Shown: one piece after another, positions 1 to 9,812 of the stretch | How positions within the stretch are numbered: position 1 is the first letter of the stretch | Layout of the letters: each line of letters opens with the position of its first letter | Source of the DNA: Methanothermobacter thermautotrophicus str. Delta H | GTDB taxonomy: Archaea > Methanobacteriota > Methanobacteria > Methanobacteriales > Methanothermobacteraceae | Length of the DNA: 32,000 bases | Reading direction: 5' to 3' | NCBI RefSeq assembly: GCF_000008645.1 | Contig: NC_000916.1 | Coordinates: 455,594-487,593 of the forward strand | Made by a program: the position numbers and the translations under genes | The notes under the pieces: model-generated | Database searches by the model: none | What the model saw: the letters and a program-made list of their open reading frames with translations, nothing else | What the model was told of the DNA's origin: nothing

Positions 1-960
1 AATGGCCCTCCTGGCAGCTATCCTGACCCCCTCCCCAGGGTCATTGAGGGCCTCCCTCAGCACATCAAGGGCCACGGCATCCCCTGCCTCTCCAAGGTAA
101 TCAGCGGCCCGCGCCCTGACCTCAGGGTCATGGGAGTTTCTGAGGTACCCCATGATCCTCTCCATGGCCTCCACGTATCCATCCATGTCATGAGGGTCAA
201 GGTCCCTGAAGGCCCTCCTGAGGTCCTCTGCCTCACCACCGGCTCCTGCCTCCTGTCTTCCATTGATGTAGGTGCAGATGGAGCGGAATATGCAGAGACT
301 GCAGAGATTGTTCTCCCTTGGAGGGAACTCCTCCCGCCTTATCCTCTCAGCCACGTCCTCAAGGAGCCCCTCGATGTCTGCTGCCGGTTCTATCAGGTGC
401 CATTCTGAATCCTCAAAGGTGTAGGCCAGGAAGCCGTCGAAGTCAAGGTCCAGGGCGTGCCTGTACACTCCCAGCTGGAGTTCAATGTCCCGTGCATGGA
501 TGCCCGACCCTGACATTGACTTGAAGTCCACCAGCTCCAGGCCGCCTTCACGGTTCCTTATGATGAGGTCTGTCTGACCAGTTATCATGAAGCCGTCCTT
601 CATTATGCTGAAGGGCTTCTCTGCAGAGACTATCTCTGATGCGCGGCCCCTTATCTCCTCAAGGTAGCGTTTTAGTTTTGATATGAATGCCCTGAATCCA
701 TCAGGGGACATTTCGATGTCCCTGAGTGCATGTGATGCCAGTTCCTGAAGGTAATCATCTGTCACAGCCTCGCCACGCATCAGGCGCCTGTTTATCCTCC
801 GGAGGCACTCATGGACCGCTATACCGTAGAGCTGGTCCCTGGTTGAGGGGACGTCGAATCCGTACTCATAGAGCAGCATGTACCTGAAGGGGCAGGTGAG
901 GTAGGTGTTGAGCTCTGTGAAGCTGATCCTGAAGATCTCCCTGGTCTCAATGTCCTCCAA
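1..960 (-). CDS. PD-(D/E)XK nuclease of the Cas4/AddB/RecB type (4-Cys cluster) fused to C-terminal HEAT-like repeats; the 3' end runs off the window
   Basis: This ORF is absent from the supplied track because no stop codon is reached. My minus-strand translation from TTG at 960 stays open for all 320 codons down to position 1. It reads SFTELNTYLTCPFRY (N-terminal Cys), GQTDLII and LELVDFKS (D...ExK core), QLGVY (QxxxY) and NNLCSLCIFRSIC (CX2CX5C). The tail reads DPEVRARAADYLGEAGDAVALDVLREALNDPGEGVRIAARRAI (HEAT/PBS-lyase-like). The start overlaps the helicase stop by 14 nt. The choice of start codon (TTG) is uncertain. Confidence 0.8.
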   Translation of the reverse strand, partial: MEDIETREIFRISFTELNTYLTCPFRYMLLYEYGFDVPSTRDQLYGIAVHECLRRINRRLMRGEAVTDDYLQELASHALRDIEMSPDGFRAFISKLKRYLEEIRGRASEIVSAEKPFSIMKDGFMITGQTDLIIRNREGGLELVDFKSMSGSGIHARDIELQLGVYRHALDLDFDGFLAYTFEDSEWHLIEPAADIEGLLEDVAERIRREEFPPRENNLCSLCIFRSICTYINGRQEAGAGGEAEDLRRAFRDLDPHDMDGYVEAMERIMGYLRNSHDPEVRARAADYLGEAGDAVALDVLREALNDPGEGVRIAARRAI

Positions 961-2998
961 CCTGGCAGCTGTTCTTTATGATCTCTATCCTGGCATCCTC
1001 TGGGTCTATCCTCCCCAGCCTGTCACTGGTTATCCTTGAAGTTTTGATGAGATCCTCTATGAACTCCGAGTAACCGATCCGGCCCCTGTGGTTTTTGGTT
1101 GCTGATACTATGAGCATGTCCTGGGCCCGGGTCATCCCCACATAGAAGAGGCGCCTCTCCTCGATCTCATCAGTCCTCATGGTGCTCCTACGGAGTTCCT
1201 CGGGTAATTCGAGTTCACTCCTCTCCCGGACCTTCCTGGGGAATTTCCCGTTGAATACAGAGCATATTATGACCACCGGAAACTCGAGGCCCTTGGCCCT
1301 GTGCATTGTCATTATGTTGACTGAGTAGGGGTTATCAAGGAGTATCTGGTCGTACTTTTTGATTCTACCCGACATGGCCATCCTTATGAACTCCATGAGG
1401 CCCTCCACGCCTGGCTCCAGGGATATGCGCTCGTAGTCCTTTATGAGTGAGCTGAACCTTGCCAGGTTGTAGAGCTTCTCCCTTGACTCATCATCACCCC
1501 TCTCAAGGAGCCTGTGGGGGTACTCTGTCAGTTCAAGGATCTCATAGTACCTCTCAAGTACTCCGAGGTCGCTGTCGATGAGTCTGTTGAGGGCCACAAG
1601 TTTCCTGATGTCATCGGGGTCTGTGAATCCTGCCCCCCTGAATTCCCTGTGCTCCCTGAGGCCCCTTAATTCCTCCTCATCCATGTCCAGGATGCGGTTG
1701 ACGCTGCCGGGGGTCAGGTCCATGAACTCGCCCTCAAGGTGTTCGTATTTCAGTTTTCTGATTATCTTCCTCCTCTCATTCCGGGTGTGGTGGAGGAGGT
1801 GCATGATGTAGAGTATTTCCTCCCGGTCAAAGAAGCCTCCCTCACCGTATACATTGAAGGGTATGCCCTCCCTGCGTAGTTCATTCATTATCTCCACTGC
1901 ATCGTGCTTCACGCTTCTGAAGAGGAGGGTCACGTAGCCCTGGTGGGGTATTACACCGTGGTCAACGAGGGCCCTTATTATTCCCACCACATTGGATGGT
2001 TCATCCTGGTGTGTGGGGTTGTCCAGGATGAATACCCTGTTCTCTGAGTCCCTCACGGGCCTTATGTCCTTGGGGTACTCTCTGTAACCATCCATGAACC
2101 GCTGGGTGACGTCAACTATGCTGGGGACGGACCTGAAGTTCTTCTCAAGCATGACAACCTCGGCACCGTACTTCTTCTGGAAGCCCAGGAAGTTTTCGGG
2201 GGTGGATCCCCTGAAACCGTAGATGCTCTGGTCCTCGTCTCCAACAGCGAAGATGTTGCATTCCTCCCCTGCCAGGAGTTCAAGGAACCTCTCCTGTATC
2301 TGGTTGGTGTCCTGGTACTCGTCCACCATGAGGAACCTGTACCTTGACCTGAGGTCATCCAGGATCTTACTGTCGTTTTCAAGGAGTCTGACGACCCTCC
2401 ACTGCATCCCTGCAAAGTCAAGCAGGCCGTTCTCATCCATGAGGTTGAGGTACCTCTGGTAGGCCTCTGCAACGGTCATCTCGAACCTCCCTGCACCCTT
2501 ATTTCTGTAGTGCTGGATCAGGGTCTCGGGGTCGACCATGTTCTCCTGGCACTCGCTGAAGAAGCCCTGGATGAGGGGGAACCTCTCCCTCTGTACATTG
2601 CCAAGTCCCAGCTGTTCCCTGTGTTCGTATATGAACATGAGCTGGTTTTCCTCATCCAGGACATGGAAGTTTGAGCCGAGGGTGTGGTGGTCGGGGTACA
2701 TGCGGAGTATGCGGTTGCAGAAGGAGTGTATGGTTGATATCTGCATCTCCTCTGCCCTTCCACCCACACGTCTGATTATCCTCTCCTTGAGTTCATCTGC
2801 GGCCTTCCTGGTGAAGGTTATCACGACCAGGGATGATGGTTCAGCACCCCTCTCATCTATGAGGTGGGCGACCCTCTCCACTATGATCCTGGTCTTCCCG
2901 GCCCCCGGCCCTGCAACAACGAGGAGGGGTCCGGTGAAGTGTTCAACTGCTCTGCGCTGTTCATCTGTGAGCTGAATCTCCCCTGTCATGAATGGCAC
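947..2998 (-). CDS. SF1 UvrD/PcrA-like DNA helicase
   Basis: This is a 683-aa ORF. The helicase motifs read directly: AGPGAGKT (Walker A), MVDEYQDTN (DExQ), VGDEDQSIYGFRG (motif III), MTMHRAKGLEF (motif V) and YVGMTRA (motif VI). Confidence 0.92.
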   Translation of the reverse strand: MPFMTGEIQLTDEQRRAVEHFTGPLLVVAGPGAGKTRIIVERVAHLIDERGAEPSSLVVITFTRKAADELKERIIRRVGGRAEEMQISTIHSFCNRILRMYPDHHTLGSNFHVLDEENQLMFIYEHREQLGLGNVQRERFPLIQGFFSECQENMVDPETLIQHYRNKGAGRFEMTVAEAYQRYLNLMDENGLLDFAGMQWRVVRLLENDSKILDDLRSRYRFLMVDEYQDTNQIQERFLELLAGEECNIFAVGDEDQSIYGFRGSTPENFLGFQKKYGAEVVMLEKNFRSVPSIVDVTQRFMDGYREYPKDIRPVRDSENRVFILDNPTHQDEPSNVVGIIRALVDHGVIPHQGYVTLLFRSVKHDAVEIMNELRREGIPFNVYGEGGFFDREEILYIMHLLHHTRNERRKIIRKLKYEHLEGEFMDLTPGSVNRILDMDEEELRGLREHREFRGAGFTDPDDIRKLVALNRLIDSDLGVLERYYEILELTEYPHRLLERGDDESREKLYNLARFSSLIKDYERISLEPGVEGLMEFIRMAMSGRIKKYDQILLDNPYSVNIMTMHRAKGLEFPVVIICSVFNGKFPRKVRERSELELPEELRRSTMRTDEIEERRLFYVGMTRAQDMLIVSATKNHRGRIGYSEFIEDLIKTSRITSDRLGRIDPEDARIEIIKNSCQVGGH

Positions 2999-3238
2999 CC
3001 CATAAATGTTATTCTATGGTTTCCATCCACTTTTATAGTTTTTCCATTGAATTCTCATGGCCGGTAGCCTCCCCTGAGATTATTGAAAATACATTAACAT
3101 TAAAATTAAAGTTATTATGAAGAATTTAATAGGCTGATGAATTCAATAAAAAAATTTATATTCAATAATTTTAATGTACATTATTATGTCATACTCAGAC
3201 TATAAGGGCTGTGCATCTATAATTTCAGAGGTGATGTT

Positions 3239-4273
3239 ATGAATGAGACCGTCAGGGAGTACCTTAATGGACTTGAGTTCCTGAAGCCCCAGGTTTCAGG
3301 ACCCATGGAGGTCATACCGGTCCGGGCTCCCGGGGGAAGTCTGAGCTATCTTACATTATCAGAGGCCATGGAAAGGGAAGTGCTCTGGATGGGGGAGGTG
3401 GATGAGTCAGGCTCGGTGCCGCAGGTGCGTGCAGTGAACCGCTCCTGCGAACCCGTGCTCTTAATTGATGGTGAGGAACTTGAGGGTGGCAAGCAGAACC
3501 GTGTGATCAATGCAACGGTTCTATTACCTGAGGAATCCGAGACAATCATACCTGTGAGCTGTGTTGAACAGGCAAGGTGGTCCTACACCTCAAAGGAGTT
3601 CAGGGACCCGGGGAGGGTTGCTGCCCTGAATGTCCGCCTTACAAAGACAAGGACAGTTACAGAGAACCTGGAAGGGATGGCCGGACACATCATTGATTCA
3701 GGACCAGAGCAGACACCTGAAGAGAGAGCCATGGAATTCTACCGTTCAAACCAGGGAATGGTATGGGAGGAGGTGAACAGGCTCCACAGGAGGACAGGTA
3801 CAGAATCAGGGACCGGAGCAATGGGGGATGCCTACCGGAAGGAGGAAGATAAACTCAACAAATTCAGAAAACCATTCAGACCCGTGAAAGACCAGAAAGG
3901 TGTTCTTGTAGCTATAAACGGGACGATAGCTGGACTCGAATTTGTTTCAAGAGCTGAGGCCTACATGAGGCTCCATGAGAGGATCATAGGAAGCTATGCC
4001 ATTGAGGCCATGCTGCATGATAGGGTAGAACATGGCCCCCTGAATGAGGGTAGCTTCATTGAGGAGATAATGGGTGCAGATGAGAAGAGCTACCCATCCC
4101 CCAGCTACGGTACAGACCACAGGTACACCTCAGATCACATTACCGGTTCAGCCCTCACACACAGGGGTGAGGTGGTGCACTCTGTTTTCTTCAGCCTGGA
4201 GAATGACCGGTTACCTTGCAGGGCCATGGAAATGATGAGGAGCAATCATCACATATCACAGAACCATCAATGA
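3239..4273 (+). CDS. Conserved hypothetical protein of unknown function
   Basis: This is a 344-aa ORF with GAGGTGAT just upstream of ATG 3239. It has no TM segment. It carries a conserved-looking block, PVLLIDGEELEGGKQNRVINATVLLPEESETIIPVSCVEQARW, and a second block, QKGVLVAINGTIAGLEFVSRAEAYMRLHERIIGSYAIEA. I recognise no catalytic family with certainty. Confidence 0.75.
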   Translation: MNETVREYLNGLEFLKPQVSGPMEVIPVRAPGGSLSYLTLSEAMEREVLWMGEVDESGSVPQVRAVNRSCEPVLLIDGEELEGGKQNRVINATVLLPEESETIIPVSCVEQARWSYTSKEFRDPGRVAALNVRLTKTRTVTENLEGMAGHIIDSGPEQTPEERAMEFYRSNQGMVWEEVNRLHRRTGTESGTGAMGDAYRKEEDKLNKFRKPFRPVKDQKGVLVAINGTIAGLEFVSRAEAYMRLHERIIGSYAIEAMLHDRVEHGPLNEGSFIEEIMGADEKSYPSPSYGTDHRYTSDHITGSALTHRGEVVHSVFFSLENDRLPCRAMEMMRSNHHISQNHQ

Positions 4274-4384
4274 GGAAACACCATCACCCAGTTAATATAA
4301 ATTTTACCTTATAATAATTAAAGTTAACTTTAAATACTGCCTCCCTTAAAGTAAAGCTGAATAAAATTAAAGGGAGGTGAAATT

Positions 4385-7300
4385 ATCAGGAGATTAATAG
4401 CACTGCTTGCAGTGATACTCACAGTTTCACTCACAGGAGCTGTCAGTGCAGCAGAGGTGACAGGACACGTCAGGGAGATATACAATGAAACATCAGGGAG
4501 CTACACAACCCTGGAAGGTGCGCTACCAGTCAGAAACGCCACTGTAACCATAATACATAACGGATCTGTTCTCAATGAGACACGTACAGCGCCGGATGGC
4601 TCATACAGAATCAACTTCAACGACACATTCCCTGCGGTTGTCCAGATAAAGTATTCCAGCTACAGGACAGCCAGCTACACCATCAACGGCTCATGCACCA
4701 TCAACCACACCTTCATGCCAGATATAGCCATAATAAGTTCGGTTCCAGAGAAGGGCCGCATCCTCAAATCAATGGAGAACCGGAGGATAATCTACCATGA
4801 CATGTGGGATCCATCATCATCGGCAAACGACTGGATAATGGAGTACGTGAACTTCGCCTACCTGGACATGGCCATGCCCGGGACAGGATGGGGCGACTCA
4901 TGGTACCCCTACCTTCTGAGGAGCCCTGCGAACCAGAGGAACATGATAGCAGCGGCCTTCGGTTACCCCACCGATACAGACAGCGACCATGGGGGGGCAC
5001 GGGGCTGAACCTCCTCGGAGGGACACCCGGCAATGACACCCCCGGTACCATTGAGAACACCTACATTGCAAGCTACTATGCCCTTGCATCAGGAACAGCT
5101 GCCAGGGAGAACCTGGAGAACATGGTGAAGTACATCCAGTACCTCATGGGTGAGACCACATCCAACCCAGTGGAGAACGGCCAGGGCCCGGTTATGGCAG
5201 CCCCTGACTGGGGACTATACCACCCTGACCGTGGCGTCATGAGCGTCGCAGCAAGCAGGGAGCAGATAAGAACCTGGATAGAGGGCAACCCGGGACTCAT
5301 CCCACCCTATGACAGCCTCAGGTGGATAGACCAGAACTTCTCATCATGGGCAGAAAACCAGCGAAACGATGTCTACAGAGAATTTGAGAACTGGTACAGT
5401 GCAAACAAGAACATCACAGGACCCTTCATCGTCGTTGTAAGCTACAACCCATCAAACACCGTGGATGCCATAATCCGGGAGGCTGAGAGGCAGGGAAGGG
5501 CAGCATTCAACCTCTACCAGGGTGCCACCAGCCCCGCAGTGAGTTCCCTCCTCGAGGAGCTCACACTGGGTGTCAACGGTAAGGGGCCCCTGAACCGTAA
5601 CATAAGCGCCGTCATATCCCTCTACTCCTGGTCCCTCAACTACGCGAACCTGCCATCCGGCGGGGCCCTCAGCGAACTTGAGAGGATCAATCTGCCCGTA
5701 CTGAAGGCTGTGCAGCTCTACAGCAACTCAAGCCTGACAAACCCCCTGGGTGCACAGTACGAGTGGACCTGGCAGGTCACAATACCCGGATTTGAGGGCG
5801 TGTTCTCACCCGTGGTTGTATCATACACCGATTCATCACAGAATGAGGTCGTGATTCAGTCAGGGGTCCGGAAGATGGTCGAACTGGCGAATGCATGGGC
5901 CAGACTCAGGGAACTTGAAAATTCAGAGAAGAAAATTGCGGTGATACTCTACAGCTACCCTCCGGGTAAGGATGGATTCACGGCATCATACCTTGACGTC
6001 TTCAGGAGCCTCCATGAACTCCTTGTGAAGCTCAATGAAAGCGGCTACAGGGTTGAGAGGATACCATCACCTGAGGAGCTCTACACCATCGTCTCAGAGT
6101 TCGGTAATAAGGGCACCTGGGCCCAGCCACTTCTTGAGAGGTATGTGTCAGAGCACAGGAGGGAGCTGGAAGCCAGAGGTCAGCTGCTCGACATCCAGAG
6201 GTACCTTGAATGGTTCAACGCCCTCCCTGAGAAGCTGCGCTCAGAGGTCATATCAAGGTGGGGCCAGCCCCCAGGCAACATAATGACGGTTAACGGGTCC
6301 ATCGTCATCCCTGGTCTGATGCTGGGGAACATCTTCATAACTGTCCAGCCGGCCCGTGGCTGGGATGAGGTCACAGACTACCATAACCCATATCTGCCAC
6401 CCCACCACCAGTACCTGGCCTTCTACCGCTGGATCGATGAGGTCCTAGGCGCCGATGCCATGGTCCACCTGGGGACCCATGGAACCCTCGAGTTCCTCCC
6501 GGGAAGGATGATCGGCCTCATGGAGGATGACTGGCCCTTCCAGCTCACCAGTCTGCCCAACATATACCCATACATAGTCTCAAACCCTGGTGAGGGAATG
6601 GTGGCAAAGGACCGCAGCGGTGCACTCATCATAGACCACATGACACCTGCAATGGTCCAGAGTGGCCTCTACGGTGCACTCATTGAGATCCACGACCTCA
6701 TCCACCAGTACGAGAACGCCCTTAAGGTCGGTAACAACCAGATACTCCCTGCACTGGAATCCCGGATAAAGACTGAGGCCTCAGAGATGGGCTTCAACAT
6801 GACCGGTAACTTCACAGAGGCCCTTGAGAGACTCCACCTCAGTCTACATGAGATAGAGTCAGACATAATACCCCTGGGACTCCACAGCCTCGGCAGGGTC
6901 CTTGAGGGTGACGAGCTCCTGGAGGAGGTTCTCACCATAGCATCATCAAGGTCAGATCTCCTCGAGAATATCAGGAAACAGCTCTATCCGGGTCTGCCAG
7001 CCTACACTGAGATGCTGAAGGACCCACTGCGCTACAGTGACGAGATAGCCTCAGTGAAGAACCTTGCACGTCTATGGATAGGCAGCATCATAAACGGTAC
7101 TGTGCCCTCCGGGATAAATGCCACGGACCTTGAGTTCATCAATGACACCATCATGAAGATACGTGGAAACACCGAATGGCAGAGCATCCTCGCAGCGCTC
7201 TCAGGTGGATTCATAAGACCTGGACTTGCAGGGGACCCTGCCTGGTGTGACGTACTTCCAACAGGCGCCAACTTCTACTCAACAAACCCCAGGAAGATGC

Positions 7301-8855
7301 CCACAAGGGCTGCATGGGAGACCGCAGTGAGGATAGTTGATTCGATGCTTGCAGAGTACTACCAGAAGCATGGCAGCTTCCCTGAACTCATCGGTATGGT
7401 TATGTGGGGCACTGAACTCCTGAGGACCGACGGGATAGCCATTGCAGAGTTCCTATACCTTCTCGGAGTTAAACCCCAGTGGAACAGTAACGGTGACGTC
7501 AACCCAGCCCCGGTCCTCATGAATGCATCAGAACTCATGATAACAGTGAACGGTACCCGGATACCAAGGCCACGTATAGACGTATTTGTAACAGCAGTCA
7601 CAGGTAACCAGCTCTGGATAGACCTCATGAATAAGGCCGTTGAACTTGCAGCTTCAGCCAGTGACACCGAGAACTATGTGAAAAAACATTACAGTGAATG
7701 CGGATCCCTTGACCGTGTATTCGGTCTCAGGGGACTCGTACTCGAGGGTACTGGTGTATCTGATATGACACCTGCAACCTCAAGGTGGAACACCAGCAGT
7801 GAACTCGCAGACGTCTACCTGTCAAGGGTATCCTATGCCTGGAGGTCCACCCCAGGAGGCGTGGATATACAGCAGAACCGGGGCACGTTCCAGTACCTCC
7901 TGGGTAAGGTGAACCTGGTGACACAGAACCTGGACAGCACATGGAGGCTGATGGACACCGACGACTACTATGACTGGTTCGGTGGAATGGTCCTCGCATC
8001 AAGGCACCTGGGAGGTAACCCCGATACAGCTCTTATAGATATAAGGAACAGGAACACGGTTACAGTGAGAACGGTGGCCGAGGAGATTGAACTTGAGATC
8101 AGATCCCAGCTCCTCAACCCCAAGTACATGGATTCCCTCCTCAATCACCCAGCGGGTGGCTTGAATATGCTTCAAGGTACAAAAATGTCTTTGGAATTGC
8201 AGTTACAACCGGCAGCGTCAGCAATGAACTCTGGGACCAGCTCGCAAGGAACCTTCTGAGTGACCGCTTCAGGGCATCCGGGGGCTATGAGGCCACTGCA
8301 ACACAGTCCATGATTGCCTGGGTCCTTGAAGCCGCAAGGAGAAACATCTGGAGCGCCGACGGTTCCCTGGTGAGGGATCTTGCAAACCGTTACATTGAAC
8401 TCGCAGGAGAGTACGGTGTTGTCTGCTGCCACCACACCTGCGCAAACATTGTCTTCAATAACTGGGTGGTGAAGGTCTCATCCCTCAACCAGGCATCCCT
8501 CAAGAAGTTTGCAGCTGCACTGGCTGCAGCCACAGGGAAGTCCATTGATGTCCCTGGCTCTGATGGTTCACAGCCAGGATCAGCAAATGATGGTAGTGGG
8601 GTCGGCGAGACAGGTAAACCGGATTCAGGTTCCGCAGGATCTGCAGGTAGCAGTTCATCAGGCAGTGCATCCACTTCATCATCAGATGCTGCTGGAGAGT
8701 CATCATCCAGTGAAGGAAGAGAATCAGGGAAGGCCTATGAGGTTTCAGCCTCAAATAGCAGCGGTTCAGCAGAGAGTCAGGTGCCCCTCTATGCAATTCT
8801 GGGTGTCGTGGCACTTGTACTGCTCGTAGGATTTGGTTACTTCAGGGGTAAATAA
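4385..8855 (+). CDS. CobN/ChlH-like (chelatase large-subunit family) protein with signal-like N-terminus and C-terminal membrane anchor; the reading frame is interrupted twice as sequenced
   Basis: Track pieces 4412..5008, 4804..8259 and 8310..8855 join into one protein if two single nucleotides are added. One addition falls in the G7 run at 4991-4997 (...TDTDSDHGG|GTGLNLLGGTPG...). The other falls at CCC 8148-8150 (...LLNHP|SGWLEYASRYKNVFGIAVTTGSVSNELWDQLARNLL...SMIAWVLEAARRNIW, a CobN-type C-terminal region). The N-terminus RRLIALLAVILTVSLTGAVSA looks like a signal peptide. The first canonical start is GTG 4412, but GGAGGTGA at 4373-4380 suggests initiation near 4385. After the N-terminus come a carboxypeptidase-regulatory-like beta domain, a roughly 1,100-aa CobN domain, a Ser/Gly-rich linker, and a terminal TM segment LYAILGVVALVLLVGFGYFRGK. 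Confidence 0.85.
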
Positions 8856-8865
8856 CCCCAATTCC

Positions 8866-8873
8866 TTTTTTTT
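8866..8873 (+). terminator. Oligo-T (T8) archaeal-type terminator after the CobN-like gene
   Basis: The sequence ccTTTTTTTTaagg lies 11 nt after the stop at 8855. Confidence 0.5.
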
Positions 8874-8932
8874 AAGGCTCATAAAATTAATCATGGCCAT
8901 GAGCTGCATCAGCTCTTAAACTAAGCATCATT

Positions 8933-9793
8933 CTAAAGGCAGCCCACCTGTTTCCTGAGTTCAGTCAGAACACGCAGCAGAAGTTTGCTGGTGAGGTGCC
9001 ACTCCCCTCCCCTCAGCTCCACGAGGCCCCGGAGCTCAAGCCCCTCAATTTCCTCATCACCAACAGCCCCCTCTGGTATGGGGGCGTCACAGAGATCAGA
9101 GAGGATTCTCTTCTCCACGGGACTGAGCTGTGATAGCTCCACCATCCAGGGAAATGCGATCTGCTGAAACTTGGCAGTGAAGTTCTCCTCCAGCAGCGCC
9201 GGCCCATAGATGACCCCATCTGAGAGGACGTTCAAGAAGCTGTCAATGAAGAGGGGAAGCCCCTCTGTGAGTCTGTAGATGTAATCCAGGCCTGCAGCTG
9301 TGGCCCTGAATTTGGGTGCCTTCATGCGGATGTAGTTCTCTGTTTCCCTATCCCTAAGGGGTGGTATGTTGACGATGGCCAGTTCAGGTATTCCCTCTTT
9401 AATCTCATCCAGTAAGTGTCTGCTGTAGGTGGTGGAGACCGCGCATCCCATTGAGTACATACTGCTCATCTTCCAGGCCTCCCTGAAGGCTGATGGTTCA
9501 GGTGGCATTGAATCTATGAGGATGTTCCACTCAACAGTCCTGGCCAGCGCCATTATCCTCCTGAAGTCTTGTATCCCCTCATGGACCTCCCTTATATCGG
9601 CGCACCTCATATCGATTAGAGTTGTCCTGCTGGGGTTCTCCCCATGGAGTTTCCTAAGAATAGCTGTTTTTCCGGAGCCCCTCATACCTGTTACAATCAC
9701 GAATCCAGGGTCATTGAGGCATTCCCTGATCCTTACAAGTTCCCTTTCCCTTCCAAAAAACACATCAGTCCTGTTCAGGGAGATTATGGGCAT
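8933..9793 (-). CDS. Archaeal AAA-type ATPase (Arch_ATPase-like) with a C-terminal winged-helix-like tail
   Basis: This is a 286-aa ORF. It reads FFGRERELVRIRECLNDPGFVIVTGMRGSGKTAIL, the FxGRxxEL plus Walker A arrangement typical of the family called 'ATPase domain predominantly from Archaea'. Its C-terminus reads EIEGLELRGLVELRGGEWHLTSKLL. It starts 19 nt downstream of the CARF gene on the same strand. Confidence 0.8.
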   Translation of the reverse strand: MPIISLNRTDVFFGRERELVRIRECLNDPGFVIVTGMRGSGKTAILRKLHGENPSRTTLIDMRCADIREVHEGIQDFRRIMALARTVEWNILIDSMPPEPSAFREAWKMSSMYSMGCAVSTTYSRHLLDEIKEGIPELAIVNIPPLRDRETENYIRMKAPKFRATAAGLDYIYRLTEGLPLFIDSFLNVLSDGVIYGPALLEENFTAKFQQIAFPWMVELSQLSPVEKRILSDLCDAPIPEGAVGDEEIEGLELRGLVELRGGEWHLTSKLLLRVLTELRKQVGCL

Positions 9794-9812
9794 AAATACA
9801 CTTATTCATGTT

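Noticed and set aside
57-524. Three 68-92 aa track ORFs at the left edge (57..263 minus, 130..408 plus, 318..524 plus).
   Set aside because: The whole region 1..960 is covered by an uninterrupted minus-strand frame encoding a motif-rich PD-(D/E)XK nuclease. That frame is missing from the track only because its stop lies outside the window. The short ORFs are out-of-frame or antisense by-products.
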